Assembly (NCBI GenBank): GCA_029953675.1
Contig: JAMWBK010000004.1
Coordinates: 558,001 to 622,000 of the forward strand
Length of the DNA: 64,000 nt
Origin: Rhodosorus marinus CCMP1338
Lineage: Eukaryota > Plantae > Rhodophyta
Direction of reading: 5' to 3'
The notes under the pieces are model-generated. The model worked only from the letters and a program-made list of their open reading frames with translations. It had not been told where the DNA came from and searched no databases. Each line of letters begins with the position of its first letter. Positions within the stretch are counted from its first letter, which is position 1. The translations under genes and the position numbers were made by a program. Below, in pieces: positions 24,490 through 37,179 of the stretch.

Positions 24490-25775
24490 GTGGTTTTCCT
24501 GGTTTTTACTGGGCTGGGCTTTACTGGGGGGCTTTACTGGACTTTACTGGACTTTACTAGACTTTACTAGCATAGGACTTTACTAGTATAGCCTGAAGCG
24601 CTACGCAAGGCGTGAAGATGAACTAATAACTAGGGAGGGAAGCATGCAACCCCAGGCGCCGATGGCGCGCCTCGGAAAGCATGTCGCTGGAATATCGCCA
24701 AAGGGAGACACTTAAACGCCTCAAGAGCGCCAAATATTCAGTAGGATGCTCAGCAAAACATTTCCGCAACCACTCTAAACCCGACTTATCGACGTGACCA
24801 AAGCTTTCCACAATGAATGGCTGGAACCGGTGAGAGCGACCCTCAGCGCAAGGCAGACTGGCCATGCTCTCAGCATACCGTCGTTCCTTAACTCTTCGAA
24901 GGGCTGAAGCCGCGGCCCCCGGCGGCGGGCGGCTGCGGTGAGGTGGGCGCTGGCCACGGGGCAGGTAATCGCAAGGTCCACATATGTTGAGCGTCTGGCA
25001 GCAGCGTCGGAGACGAGGAGATCGGCTATACAACGGGGCGGTGCAGAGTCCGAGATTGATCTGGGCAGTTCCGACTCAACCTCAACCGTATGCCCTATCC
25101 GAGTCAAAAATTCGCTGAGGATGTACTTGAGGCGAGTGTGACACCTCGTTCGGAGACCTCTCAACAGTCCGCAAGAACCAAGGAAGTGGTAGCCACAAGC
25201 GTCAATCCGGCTCTCACATCCCTGACAGAAAGACGGCCGATTAGAGTGCCACGGAGCCTGTGGCAAACCGAGATAGATCCGTGCGGCAGAACGGAACTGG
25301 AAAGCATCGAGACGATGAATCAATGACGACGGTAGAGTGGTTAACCACAAGTGCGAGAGGTGGCCTCCCATGCCGCGGAGACGAGCGGCAGTGGTAGGCG
25401 ACGTGAGAGGAGAATTGAGCATGACTGTGTGAGCGGCACTGTGTTGGCCCCAGGTGAGGCTATGTTGAATCACATCAGCGCGGGAGCTCCACAAGCGGCT
25501 CAAACCCGGGTAGTCTGCGACAGGTGACCCGGGGCTAGCCTCTCCGTCATCGGCAAGAACTCGGTCGAGGGGAGAATCCTCAATCGCTTCAGCTCGTCCC
25601 CATAACAGCTCCCTCCAGGAACGAAAGCGGGACCGATTTGCGTCCGGCACGACGTTGCACCTCCTGAACGCGTGTTGAAGACCATCATAAATTGTCAAAA
25701 GCGGGGGCGGCAGGGTCACTGGATCCTCGTTGGTCAAAGCTCGTGCCAAGAGGCAGGCACTTCGCATCTGGAAGT
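24490..25775 (-). mobile_element. 5'-truncated family A (subfamily A1) LINE with tandem tail
   Basis: CQGC...HFLGSC...RxH zinc knuckle and ADLLV/VDLAI/FQPFIVESFG RLE motifs; tail (CTGGACTTTA)n at 24490-24585; one frameshift. Confidence 0.93.
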
Positions 25776-26330
25776 ACTAGCATAGCCTGAAGCGCTACGC
25801 AAGGCGTGAAAAGGAACTAAGACCTAGGGATGGAAGCGTGCAAACCCAGGCGCCGATGGCGCGCCTAGGCAAGCATGCTGATAGAATATCGCCACAGCAT
25901 GGCACTCAAACGCCGTAAAAGCGCCAAGTACTCAGTAGGATTCTCAGCGAAACATTTCCGCAACCACTCTAAACCCGAATTATCCACATGACCAAAGCTT
26001 TCCACAATGAAATGCTGGAGCCGGTGGGAGCGACCCTCGGCGTAGGGCAGACTGGCCATGCTCTCAGCATACCGTCGTTCCTTCACTCGTCGAAGAGCCG
26101 AAGCGTCTGCCCCTCGGCGGCGGGCGGCGGCCGTGAGGCGGGCGCTCGCATGTAATCGCGAGGTCAACATTTGCTGAGCGTCGGGCGGCAGGGTCTGATA
26201 CAAGAAGATCTGCGATACAGCGGACCGGCACCGTGTCCGAGACCGATCTGGGTAGTTCCGATTCCACCTCAACCGTATGCCCTACCCGAGTTAAACATTC
26301 GCTTCGGATGTGCTTGAGACGAGTGTGGCC
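25776..26330 (-). mobile_element. 5'-truncated family A (subfamily A3) LINE abutting the previous copy
   Basis: VESELPRSVSDTVPVRCIADLLVSDPAARR; 3' UTR joins directly to the 5' end of the A1 copy. Confidence 0.9.
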
Positions 26331-26679
26331 CCCGGGGGGGGTGGGGGGGGGTGGGGGGGAAGTTCATTGCGAATCTAGGCACCACGCTAGCCTATCTCAC
26401 ACTCTTTCATTCTTGGTCTGTCTCCTCCAACAGCCCTTGGATGATAGTCGCCTTTGGTAGTTTTGTTTTTCCCCTCCGTTTTTTTGTTTTTCAGTCTACG
26501 ACGAAGACGGGCTTCGTAGGCAGCATTCTGTTTCGGCTTTCTAGAGCTCTTTTTGTTCAGCGCTGTCGAGCTCGCCGAGGCGCACCACCGCCGCCTGGGC
26601 GTACATGCGCATCCCCATAGTCCCTAGTTTCCTTCAACTTCTTGCGTAGCGCATCAGGCCATGTTTGTAAAACTGCTAG

Positions 26680-27350
26680 TACACTAGTTGCCAACAATAA
26701 AATCGTGGTACAGCGGTTTCGTTCAATTTTCTATTTGCAGTGGAAGACACTGTTGCCTCAACATTCTCGGGAAAAAGCCTCTCGCAGCCATGACCAAATG
26801 GGAGTGTACCGCTTCAATGTTTCCTTCTGCAGCTTGATTTCGTGTTCTGTTACAGGACAGGCTCAGGTTTTCCAGTGCTTTCGTCGTTTTCCTTGGTTTT
26901 ATTATGACTCAATCTGTTCTTAGTGAGAACAAACACCTTTTTCTTTGGTTTCAATGCTTACAAGTTGGTAACTTGGACATTTCCTTTTTGTGACTTTCTT
27001 CGGACAGCAAAAGGGGCATGGCGCAGAAGTCCTGTTAGCAGATGTGGTACAAATGTTAGTTTACGACAGATCTGCACCTATTGAACGCTCTCTTGAAGCT
27101 CCGCGTAAATGCCTTCTGTGTTCAGAAAAGTCTGGTATAAGGCCAGGTCGGGGACACCCATAGGTCAATCGAAAAGGCTAATAGCAAATCAAGATTCTTA
27201 TATTGACTGAACCTAGATGGAGGTTCTGTGAGTCAGATTTGGTGACGCTCAGGGCTACACTAACACAGAGCCAATGTAGTCGTCAGAAGTGATTCGTAAT
27301 TTTTCAGCTACCTGAGTATTTAGGATCAAGCCTGGGTAGGATTGAAAGAC
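26680..27350 (-). pseudogene. Decayed ORF 'Y' (kinase-like part plus possible PD-(D/E)xK-like peptide)
   Basis: Homologous to 21010-21350; GVPDLALYQ...GIYAELQ at ~27090-27158. Confidence 0.3.
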
Positions 27351-27354
27351 TTGG

Positions 27355-27670
27355 TATAATCGGAGGCTGAAAGAAAAAAACACCGAGGGGAAAAAAATGA
27401 CTAAGCGCGGCCAAGATCGCGCGCCTCCAACATCAAAGCAGCGCTCATACGCCCCAGCAAGAAACTTAAACGGGTAGACAACGAGGACAGACGGTCAGGG
27501 CGTTCACGGAACAATTCCCGAAGCCAGCGAGAACCAACGGAATGCATAAACCCAAAGCACTGAATGACCAGAGGTACCAGGCTATGAGCTAGAGCCGAAG
27601 CCCGAATGCCTGGGGAAGACAAGACCCCCGCATATTTCAACTCTTTGCGACGTCTCATATTGGCAGGATT
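27355..27670 (-). mobile_element. 5'-truncated family B variant
   Basis: MRRRKELKYAGVLSSPG...LMLEARDLGRA* plus B 3' UTR. Confidence 0.9.
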
Positions 27671-28418
27671 AGGGTTTTTGCACAACGCTTGCATCTGCAT
27701 GAACGTTTTCCCTAAGTCCAAGCCAAGGATCTCAGAGCCTGGAATTGCATATACAGTGATCCTAGAAGCCATCAAGTACGGTTGCTTCGGAATTGAAGGT
27801 GCAACAAAAGCAAGAGATCTCCTACATTGGACTGGACTTTACTAGCATCTCAGCATCTCCTACATTCATACACCTGGTTTTGATAACAATCTCGCCCTTG
27901 GGACGGAAATGGAGATATCCATCTTTTAGTACACTTCCTTTTGGAATCTAATTTCGTCTTCTGATGGACTTCCTCAAGTTTTCGCTTTACAGTGAGTTTG
28001 AAATGAAACGAACGGGTTTATTTGGAGACTATGACCAAAAAAAAGACCAGCGCGGAGAAAAAGACTACCGAACGCGCAGAGTGTTCTTAATATTCTAAGT
28101 TAGAGAATATATCTCAGATTTAGGAGTATTGTCTTTCTTATTTATTTTTGGATTAGTTTCCAGGGACGGGTACCAGGTAGAAGTCACTGAGGGTGACGTA
28201 GAGCAAATCTTTGGCGAGACTTTGGTACTGACCGAGCCCCGGCTGTTGAAATTTTTCTCAAGGGAAGCCTCCTTCTATGTAAAGGACGAGGAGGCCAGTG
28301 GATGAATCAGACGAGAGTCGCTTTCTCAGAAGGTTCCGAACGGAACAATCTAATCTCCCGATCCGCTTTTGAGCGAGAGGCACAAACGTTTCCCTATTCA
28401 GTTCCCACCAGATGCAAT

Positions 28419-29324
28419 TTACCGACGGTATTCGTAGCATCCTTGGTAAAAGTTAGGGTCGAGACCGCTCACGCAGAGTGGTGGCTCTCGTGGGTATGTT
28501 GCGTTGATACCCAAGCAGGTCTTACACCAAGGCGTCTTGTTGTGTACGCACTTCTGTGTGCATTTGTCTTGAGAAAAGTGGACTGAGCATGTGTCGGGGT
28601 ACTTGGTGCACTTCCCGTTACCCTCGCTGCAGGTATTGTCAATCTCTTCCACCTTTCCTTTCCTCAACCATTCAGTTTGACCATCCAGAGAGCAGGTACT
28701 GCAGTCGGTGTCAATCACTGTCTTCAATTCCTCACACACCGGATAGCCGCTGTGTTGGCAGTTCTTCTGAAGCTTGATGGTCACGTTGGGGAAGCTGCGA
28801 TCAGCGATGATACACTTCTTCCTATGGTCCTTGCACTGGAAGGGAAATCCTAATGGCTCTATGGCTGGAGGCAGAATAGGGTCCGAACTTGAAAGCCCGC
28901 AGTACAAGTTGACCTTCCTCAACCTACTCTTCAATCTGCATTTCGGCGTCCTCGACACGTAGATCTTCAACTGCTTCTTGAGTACGCGCTCGACACATGA
29001 AGGGATCCCCTCGGACCATTCCACTGGGCAATTGCACATAATACAGTCCACGCCTCCCTGGCGAAGGTTGCAGGTGATGTCTACGTTGAAAATCTGCGGC
29101 GGCGCCTGCTTGACACACTGCTCCGAGCACCCAGCACAGTTGTTGCATGTTACAAGCTCACAATTCGAATTGCAGCACTGTGTGCAGTTGGAAGAATCGC
29201 AGTAACCACTCACTGGTCCGTCCGTGAGCCCAGGGACTAGTCCCGGTACGCACTTCTCTGGCTCATAAGCGAAGGCTCCTACCGCGAATAGGGCAACCGC
29301 TAGCAAGCAGTATCCAAACTTCAT
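28419..29324 (-). CDS. Secreted cysteine-rich protein, copy 3
   Basis: Intact frame; about 8 mostly conservative substitutions versus copy 1; all Cys kept. Confidence 0.88.
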   Translation of the reverse strand: MKFGYCLLAVALFAVGAFAYEPEKCVPGLVPGLTDGPVSGYCDSSNCTQCCNSNCELVTCNNCAGCSEQCVKQAPPQIFNVDITCNLRQGGVDCIMCNCPVEWSEGIPSCVERVLKKQLKIYVSRTPKCRLKSRLRKVNLYCGLSSSDPILPPAIEPLGFPFQCKDHRKKCIIADRSFPNVTIKLQKNCQHSGYPVCEELKTVIDTDCSTCSLDGQTEWLRKGKVEEIDNTCSEGNGKCTKYPDTCSVHFSQDKCTQKCVHNKTPWCKTCLGINATYPREPPLCVSGLDPNFYQGCYEYRR

Positions 29325-29759
29325 GACGAATCTCACTTAGTATTTACCTATGTATTAAACTGGTTTGTCTCCAACCGGCTTGTTGATGTTCACTGACTAC
29401 TCTACCACCCAGCACTCAGTAGAAGCTCGGGTTTTATACCCTTCCAACCACGACCTCTTACTGCGAATGTCTTAAGCCAAGACTTACGTCGACCTTACCC
29501 GTTCCCCGCCATCCCTCCCCCCCAGATATTTTTGGGATTAAAGTTAAAACGGGCAAGATATCGCACTCCTCTCTCCCTTATCTCTTTCCCAGGGGAATTA
29601 GGGTCCGTTGTGGATAAACTGCTCAATTCATCCACAATAATAAAATTCTCCTACGCACTCCTCCCCCTCCCCCCTCCAGCTTCCGATTTCGATACACTGA
29701 CGTTGATTCTTTGACAGCCGCTTAACCTTCATTGGACAATACACGTAATTTTCGTCTAT

Positions 29760-32700
29760 TTTGTTTTAAAAATGAATGACGTGCAAAAGAATTCAAAAGG
29801 AAAACTTGGGATTGTTGAGCGAAGGGTTTGGGGGCTTCAGATTAGAATCTGGAGTGCATACTGTTATGATGTTGTATATTAGAGTGGCAGGCTGCACCCC
29901 TCATGTGATATATCTGATGACAGGCTTATCGCTGGCTTTCGGACCGTCTTCTAAAAACAGAAGAGACTGAAAATGAATGAAGTGTTGTGTGAAAATAGGT
30001 GTCGTGTCTCTGACGCTCGTTGGAGCACTTGGGGAGACTGCACAGGGGAGTTAAGCAGAACGGTGACACGCTGGGACAAGACCCGTGGAATACAATTTGT
30101 TTTTAGTTTTTTTTGGATTGTTGGGCAGCCTTCAGAGCAGAGATTGTGTTTGTTAGTTAGGTGGTTGGATAGGTAGCTACGTACTGCATTGTGGTCAGAA
30201 GTATTTGATACTCGAATGTGAACGAGGAGTTTTCGGTAGCTATAGGGCGTGTCTTTAGAAGCGCTTTTTTGAGGAAAAGGATTTCGCGGAGACGTTCGTG
30301 AGGTGTTTGGTTTGGTCTTATTTTGTTTACTAGTTTGCAGCGGCGCCTGACGAGTTGTTTGAAGCGAAAACACTCTGAGTTTTGGTTTTAGCATTTTCTA
30401 TTGGCTGTGAAGCCTAGCAAAGAGTGTAATATACATTAGAAACGAGGCTGCTAAATGACACTGGCCTCTGCATTTTGCCTGACACACATTCCTAGGCTTT
30501 TTCACCCTCAATACTCGGAAGCCTGGGATACCCGCTGAATTTGGAGGTTGCGTGGGGCGGTTTGCTTCAACGAAGCTATACGGATTTATAAAATACTTTC
30601 CAAAAATCAGGACGAAGGGCACGTAGGAGGTGAAGAAATCTGTCGCCTCCATTCAGGACTCTCCGAGTTTGACTAGCTACGAAATAAAATTTCAGACACT
30701 CGTATTCTTGTGCATAGCCCAGCCCCACTGAAGTAATCAGTGTCGTAACCGAAACGGTTGCTGGGTAGCTTTCTATTGCATCGTATGGCAACACGAAGTT
30801 TCTATGTCTATCCAGGGAAGGAATTCTTGCTCTGCTAAGCACTGTTAGCAGCTTGTTGGTTGTCACATTTGATGGGTGGCTGGGGAGCAGACTACGTTCG
30901 CCTTTGAAAGTTCTCAAAAATTTGGTTCCAATGGTAAACATAAAGAAAACGAGGGGGAAAGTTTTCCCTGATGATTTGAGGGGTAGGACAAAAATTAGCG
31001 CATGAATTTCACGTTCAAGGTCTCCTCCACGCGCCTTCGAATGATAAAATTTGGTGTATCAGTTGACTGTGTTGGCTCGGTGACTTTTGGCGTTATCGGG
31101 TTCGCTCTAAGACCCTTGATCTCCTCTAGCAGAGCGTATTTTGCCCCGTGTTCTGTTTGTATATGTTTTAAGGCTATGTTCGTAAAACAGCCAACCACAG
31201 AAGTGACGACATTCTTGTCGACAACTAGCCAGTTCAAGCGGGATGGGGGTTGAAGGTTTAGTCCGAGGTGGGTGGTCTGAGAACATTCAAATACTGTTGC
31301 CATTACCCAGATGTGAGTTTCAGACAGACATGGATCGTGGAAGTGAGCAATTCAACGCCTCTCAACGCCACAATTTCCTGGCATCGACGCCATACCGAGC
31401 TCTTTCACCGCTCCACAACCGCTAAAAGTCCACAACACACGCAAAAATGAAGGTCTTTAGGTAATCTCCCTTACCAATGAAGTGCAGGAATCGGATACGT
31501 AAGTAATTTCCGAGCATCGATTTCTCTTGCAACTCCTTTTCAACTCCCCTGAAAACAGTTTTCCCCTGTCGTCTCACAATCCTCTCCACGTTGCTTCTAC
31601 CCTTCTTAGCAGTACACTCCGTACCTGAACGCAAAATGGCTATCTCCAGCGGAGGCGTAAAACACCGCCTTTGGGAGAAAAAAAAAAATAGAAGGGCGGC
31701 GGCTCCCTCACTAACGAGTTCGTCAACTTCGAGACACTGTAATAATGATCTGAATTCGTCCGAGATTTAAAGGTTTTTTGAGAGCCTTGCACAACGCCTG
31801 GACGAAGGGAATTATTGGTCCTCATTAATGACCACGTTTTATTGGGTTGTGCGAAAACTTTTAAGGGGCTCTATATCGACTTCAGAGGTGTGTTGAGTCA
31901 CTTGTGAGTCATGTGAATGTGAAAGTCGATTGGGTAGTTGGGTATCTGCGTTGTACTTCTGACTGGCTACGGAACCTTTACGTAGTCCCTTTTGAAGGGC
32001 GTTTTCTCGTTTTTCTCGAAGGAGTGAGAAGAATTGATAGGTAGTCTTCAGGAATTGAATCACGTGCTCTGATGGGTTTCTTATTCTTTGACTATGGACT
32101 GGTTTTAACTTTGGGCTTCCGTGATGGATGCGTACGCGTAAGCAGAAATGATTTCACCCGTTGCGGAGTTGAGGAATATGATCCTTGAATTATCAACGGT
32201 TTCTGATTCTCGCCCGTATGACCTATTTGCTCGAAGTTAATTTTCGAGAACGTGAATAAGAAGAATTACACCTGCTGGCTGGTCGCGTTTCCCGCCCCGC
32301 TCAAGTAAGCCCATGGTTGTTTGATGACCAGTTACGTAATACGCAGAAACTATCCGCTGAAGGTCGAGCGGGGATCCGTTTCGGCTGCTATTTTCGATAC
32401 GTTTCGATTCGGCTTAGGTTAAGTACAGAATTCCCCTTCTTCCTGTTGCAGACCTGTGGCCTGTGCTACCAAACGGAAATTGAAACAAATTTTTTGAATA
32501 TTCCTCAGAACTTGAAGAGCGGTACAACTATCCCTATTCCCGTCGTCGGAGTATAGCCAGGTCATCCTGCATTGTCAAGGAAGAAGAAAAGAGCATGAAA
32601 GCCCAGGCGACGTTGGCGCGCCTCGGCAAGCATCTTGAATGAACGAATCTGTTTAGTGAACGCAGATGCACGGTTTTTTTGGTGAGATTTGCCACTTTAC

Positions 32701-32900
32701 TCGACCGCCTATCACGTGTAAGCTGGAGAATTTAATCCTGAGATTAAATTCCACGCAGAAAATAGGCCCCGTCCCTTTCACTGGAGTCAGTCAAGTTGTC
32801 CTTGGCTGTTGTCGGGAATCCGATCCAGTATTGTATTGTTGATGGGGTTTGTCTTACGCCAACATATATACGACCGTCTAACACGTTTTAACTGTACGTA
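29760..32900 (-). pseudogene. ORF 'X', unit 3
   Basis: Longest nearly uninterrupted remnant; ORF-track pieces 30576-30941, 30995-31303, 31422-31634. Confidence 0.6.
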
Positions 32901-32904
32901 TGAT

Positions 32905-33200
32905 GAAATGAATGAATGGTTTAATCGGAGGCTGAAAAAAAAAAACCCCGAGGGGAAAAAAAGACTAAGCGCGGCGAAGTACTCGCGCCTCCAACATCAA
33001 AGCGGCATTCATGCGCCACAGCAGGAGTGGCGCATGAACGTATGATGAATGAATGGTTTAATCGGAGGCTGAAAAAAAACCCCGAGGGGAAAAAAAGACT
33101 AAGCGCGGCGAAGTACTCGCGCCTCCAACATCAAAGCGGCATTCATGCGCCACAGCAGGAAACTTAAGCGGGTAAACAACGATTGAAGACGGTCAGGACT
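32905..33200 (-). mobile_element. Two tandem family B 3' ends with (CATT)n tails
   Basis: GAATGAATGGTTTAATCGGAGGCTG...GACTAAGCGCGGCG occurs twice. Confidence 0.92.
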
Positions 33201-33315
33201 ATCGTATGATAGGGCTTGTCTTTATATGGCTTTATTAGCCTAGTCTTTATATAAGACCGTCTAACACGTTTTAACTGGACGTATGATGGGGCTTGTCTTT
33301 TCATATGGTTTTATT

Positions 33316-34596
33316 GGACTTTACTGGACTTTACTGGACTTTACTAGCATAGCCTGAAGCGCTACGCAAGGCGTGAAGATGAACTAATAACTAGGGAGGG
33401 AAGCATGCAACCCCAGGCGCCGATGGCGCGCCTCGGAAAGCATGTCGCTGGAATATCGCCAAAGGGAGACACTTAAACGCCTCAAGAGCGCCAAATATTC
33501 AGTAGGATGCTCAGCAAAACATTTCCGCAACCACTCTAAACCCGACTTATCGACGTGACCAAAGCTTTCCACAATGAATGGCTGGAACCGGTGAGAGCGA
33601 CCCTCAGCGCAAGGCAGACCGGCCATGCTCTCAGCATACCGTCGTTCCTTAACTCTTCGAAGGGCTGAAGCCGCGGCCCCCCGGCGGCGGGCGGCTGCGG
33701 TGAGGTGGGCGCTGGCCACGGGGCAGGTAATCGCAAGGTCCACATATGTTGAGCGTCTGGCAGCAGCGTCGGAGACGAGGAGATCGGCTATACAACGGGG
33801 CGGTGCAGAGTCCGAGATGGATCTGGGCAGTTCCGACTCAACCTCAACCGTATGCCCTATCCGAGTCAAAGATTCGCTGAGGATGTACTTGAGGCGAGTG
33901 TGACGCCTCGTACGGAGACCTCGCAACAGTCCGCAGGAACCCAGGAAGTGGTAGCCACAAGCGTCAATCCGGCTCTCACATCCCTGACAGAAAGACGGCC
34001 GATTAGAGTGCCACGGAGCCTGTGGCAAACCGAGATAGATCCGTGCGGCAGAACGGAACTGGAAAGCATCGAGACGATGACTCAATGACGACGGTAGAGT
34101 GGTTAACCACAAGTGCGAGAGGTGGCCTCCCATGCCGCGGAGACGAGCGGCAGTGGTAGGCGGCGTGAGAGGAGAATTGAGCATGACTGTGTGAGCGGCA
34201 CTGTGTTGGCCCCAGGTGAGGCTATGTTGAATCACATCAGTGCGGGAGCTCCACAATCGGCTCAAACCCGGGTAGTCTGCAACAGGGGACCCGGGGCTAG
34301 CCTCTCCGTCATCGGCAAGAACTCGGTCGAGGGGACAATCCTCAATCGCTTCAGCTCGTCCCCATAACAGCTCCCTCCAGGAACGAAAGCGGGACCGATT
34401 TGCGTCCGGCACGGCGTTGCACCTCCTGAACGCGTGTTGAAGACCATCATAAATTGTCAAAAGCGGGGGCGGCAGGGTCACTGGATCCTCGTTGGTCAAA
34501 GCTCGAGCCAAGAGGCAGGCACTTCGCATCCGGAAGGTCACCAACGTTCGCAGCGCGGTAGCCCAGGAGGCAACCGCCGCTGGCGAGCATACCAGC
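33316..34596 (-). mobile_element. 5'-truncated family A1 LINE (left arm of the inversion)
   Basis: Open frame near-identical to 42657-44207; tail (CTGGACTTTA)n. Confidence 0.95.
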
Positions 34597-35683
34597 ACCA
34601 ACAACAGGATGCTTTGGGAGAAGACCCAGGAACTTGTGGGTGTATAAGCCTCTGTGAATTTCCCGTTGCTATCGAGGGTTCATTGTTAATATTCCGTGCA
34701 AATTAAATACACTATCAACTGTTTAACGCTTCGTATCCAACTAGCTATCCAATAAACTCACTTTCTGCTCTTAAGGCTGCCTAATAATGCAAAAAACTTC
34801 TACCCGAATCGTATTCCGCGGGTTTCGCTCCACCATGTCGACGCTGTGCTGGGCTTTACTAGCTGTGCTCACCTTCCCTGAGCAGTCTCCTGCAGTCTTC
34901 CGACGCGCGTCAGAGACACGACCCCTGTTTTCAGCCTCGGTTCTGTTTTTAGAAAACGGCCCAAACGCTAGCTATAAGCCCATCATCAGATACATCACAT
35001 GGAGGGTGCAGCTTGCCACTCTAATATACAACATCATCACAGGATGCACTCCAGATTCTCATCTGCAGCCCCCAAGCCTTTCGGTCAACAATCCCAAGTT
35101 TTGCGTTTGAATTCTTTTGCACGGCACTCATTTTTAAAACGAAATAGAAAAAAATTACGAGTATTGTCCAATGGAACGAATGATATTGTCCAATGAATGA
35201 ATGAATGAATGAAGGTTACGCGATTCTCGCAGAATCAAAGTCTGTGTATCGAAATCGGAAGCTGGTAGTTTGGCTGAACACTCTTTACTACACACTAGAG
35301 GGATGGAGGAGTGGGTAGGGGAGTTTGATGATTATGGATGAATTGAGCAGATTATCCACAGACGGAAACTAATTCCCATGGGAAAGAGATAGGGGAGAGA
35401 AGGGTGCGATATCTTGTTGGTTTTAATCACAAAAATGCCTTGGGGGAGGGATGGCAGGGAAGCGGGTAAGGGCGACGTAAGCCTTGGTTTGAGACATTTG
35501 CGGTAAGAGTTGCGGATAAATGTCAGGATCACGACAGGAAACGCCGTGCCGAAGTCGTGGTTAAAAGGGTATAAAACTCGAGCTTCGACTGAGTGCTGGG
35601 TGGTAGAGTAGTCAGTGAACATCAACAAGCCGGTTGGAGACAAACCAGTTTAATACATAGGTAAATACTAAGTGAGATTCGTC

Positions 35684-36578
35684 ACGAAATTTGGATACTG
35701 CTTGCTAGCGGTTGCGCTGCTTGCAGTAGGAGCCTTCGCCTATGAGCCAGAGAAGTGCGTACCGGGACTAGTCCCTGGGCTCACAGACGGACCAGAGAGT
35801 GGCTACTGCGATTCTTCCAACTGCACACAGTGCTGCAATGCGAATTGTGAGCTTGTAACATGCAACAACTGTGCTGGGTGCTCGGAGCAGTGTGTCAAGC
35901 AGGCGCCGCCGCAGATTATCAACGTAGACATCACCTGCCAGGGAGGCGTGGACTGTATTATGTGCAATTGCCCATTGGAATGGTCCGAGGGGATCCCTTC
36001 ATGTGTCGAGCGCGTGCTCAAGAAGCAGTTGAAGATCTACGTGTCGAGAACGCCGAAATGCAGATTGAAGAGTAGGTTGAGGAAGGTCAACTTGTACTGG
36101 GCTTTCAAGTTCGGACCCTATTCTACCTCCAGCCATAGAGCCATTAGGATTTCCATTCCAGTGCAAGGACCATAGGAAGAAGTGCATCATCGCTGATCGC
36201 AGCTTCCCCAACGTGACAATCAAGCTTCAGAGGAACTGCCAACACAGTGGCTATCCGGTGTGTGGGGAATTAAAGAGAGTGATTGACACCGACTGCAGTA
36301 CCTGCTCTCTGGATGGTCAAACTGAATGGTTGAGGAAAGGAAAGGTGGAGGAGATTGACAATACCTGCAGCGAGGGTAATGGGAAGTGCACCAAGTACCC
36401 AGACACATGCTCAGTCCACTTCTCCGAAGAAAAATGCACAGAGAAGTGCGTACACAACAAGGCGCCTTGGTGTAAGACCTGCTTGGGTATCAACACAATA
36501 TACCCACGAGAGCCACCACTCTGCGTGAGCGGTCTCGATCCTAACCTTTACCAAGGATGCTATGACCGCCGTCGGTAA
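35684..36578 (+). pseudogene. Cysteine-rich gene copy 4, inverted pseudogene
   Basis: Start ATG changed to ACG (35684); 9-bp in-frame deletion (NLR); 2-bp frameshift near 36099. Confidence 0.88.
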
Positions 36579-37075
36579 ATAGCACATCCGGTCTGCTATA
36601 TTTTCTCTATCTTAGGATATCAAGAACAAAAGGAGCATTAGAGAAGATTTTAAGGGCAAATAATTTCTACATTATAGTAAAACACTCAAATAGGAAACGT
36701 CCGTCCCATGTTTTATAAATTTAACCCTTTTTTTTTGGTAAGAAAAATGAGCGTATTGACTTGTTGTTCGAATCATTGTATTGGTAAACCCAGGCTAGCG
36801 AATCATGGTATTGGGATTAGCAGTTTGCATCACAGTCCTCCAATAGACACAAAATTTTATGACACGTGGTATGGCAACATGCGTCCAATTATATCTGATT
36901 GGATCTCCCAATGGGATCTGGGGATTTTCTAGAATGGTTGTTTTACTGGTTTTTACTAAACATAGCCATATGCGCTACGCAAGATGTAAAAGGAAACTAG
37001 GGACCAGGGAGAAGAGCACGTAAGCCCAGGGGGCGGTGATGCGCCTCGGCGAGCGTGTTGCTAGAATACCGCTTT

Positions 37076-37174
37076 GTCCTTCGGGACATACGAAAAAATA
37101 GGAAAAATATAGAGAGGATTAGCATGGCCCCTGCGCAAGGATGACACGCTTAAGACGAGAAGATCCAATTACTT
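37076..37174 (+). ncRNA. U6: U6 snRNA copy (probably a retrocopy)
   Basis: 5' stem GTCCTTCGGGAC and the conserved core GATTAGCATGGCCCCTGCGCAAGGATGACACGC; ACAGAGA box reads ATAGAGA. Confidence 0.95.
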
Positions 37175-37179
37175 AAAAA

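Noticed and set aside
24490-24590. Tail arrays as true telomere or CRISPR repeats
   Set aside because: Short, internal, always attached to LINE 3' ends, with no spacers or cas genes
30940-30990. Walker A-like PLKSSGKT in ORF X
   Set aside because: Not conserved in the other copies; the conserved frame reads RPTPQIIRE
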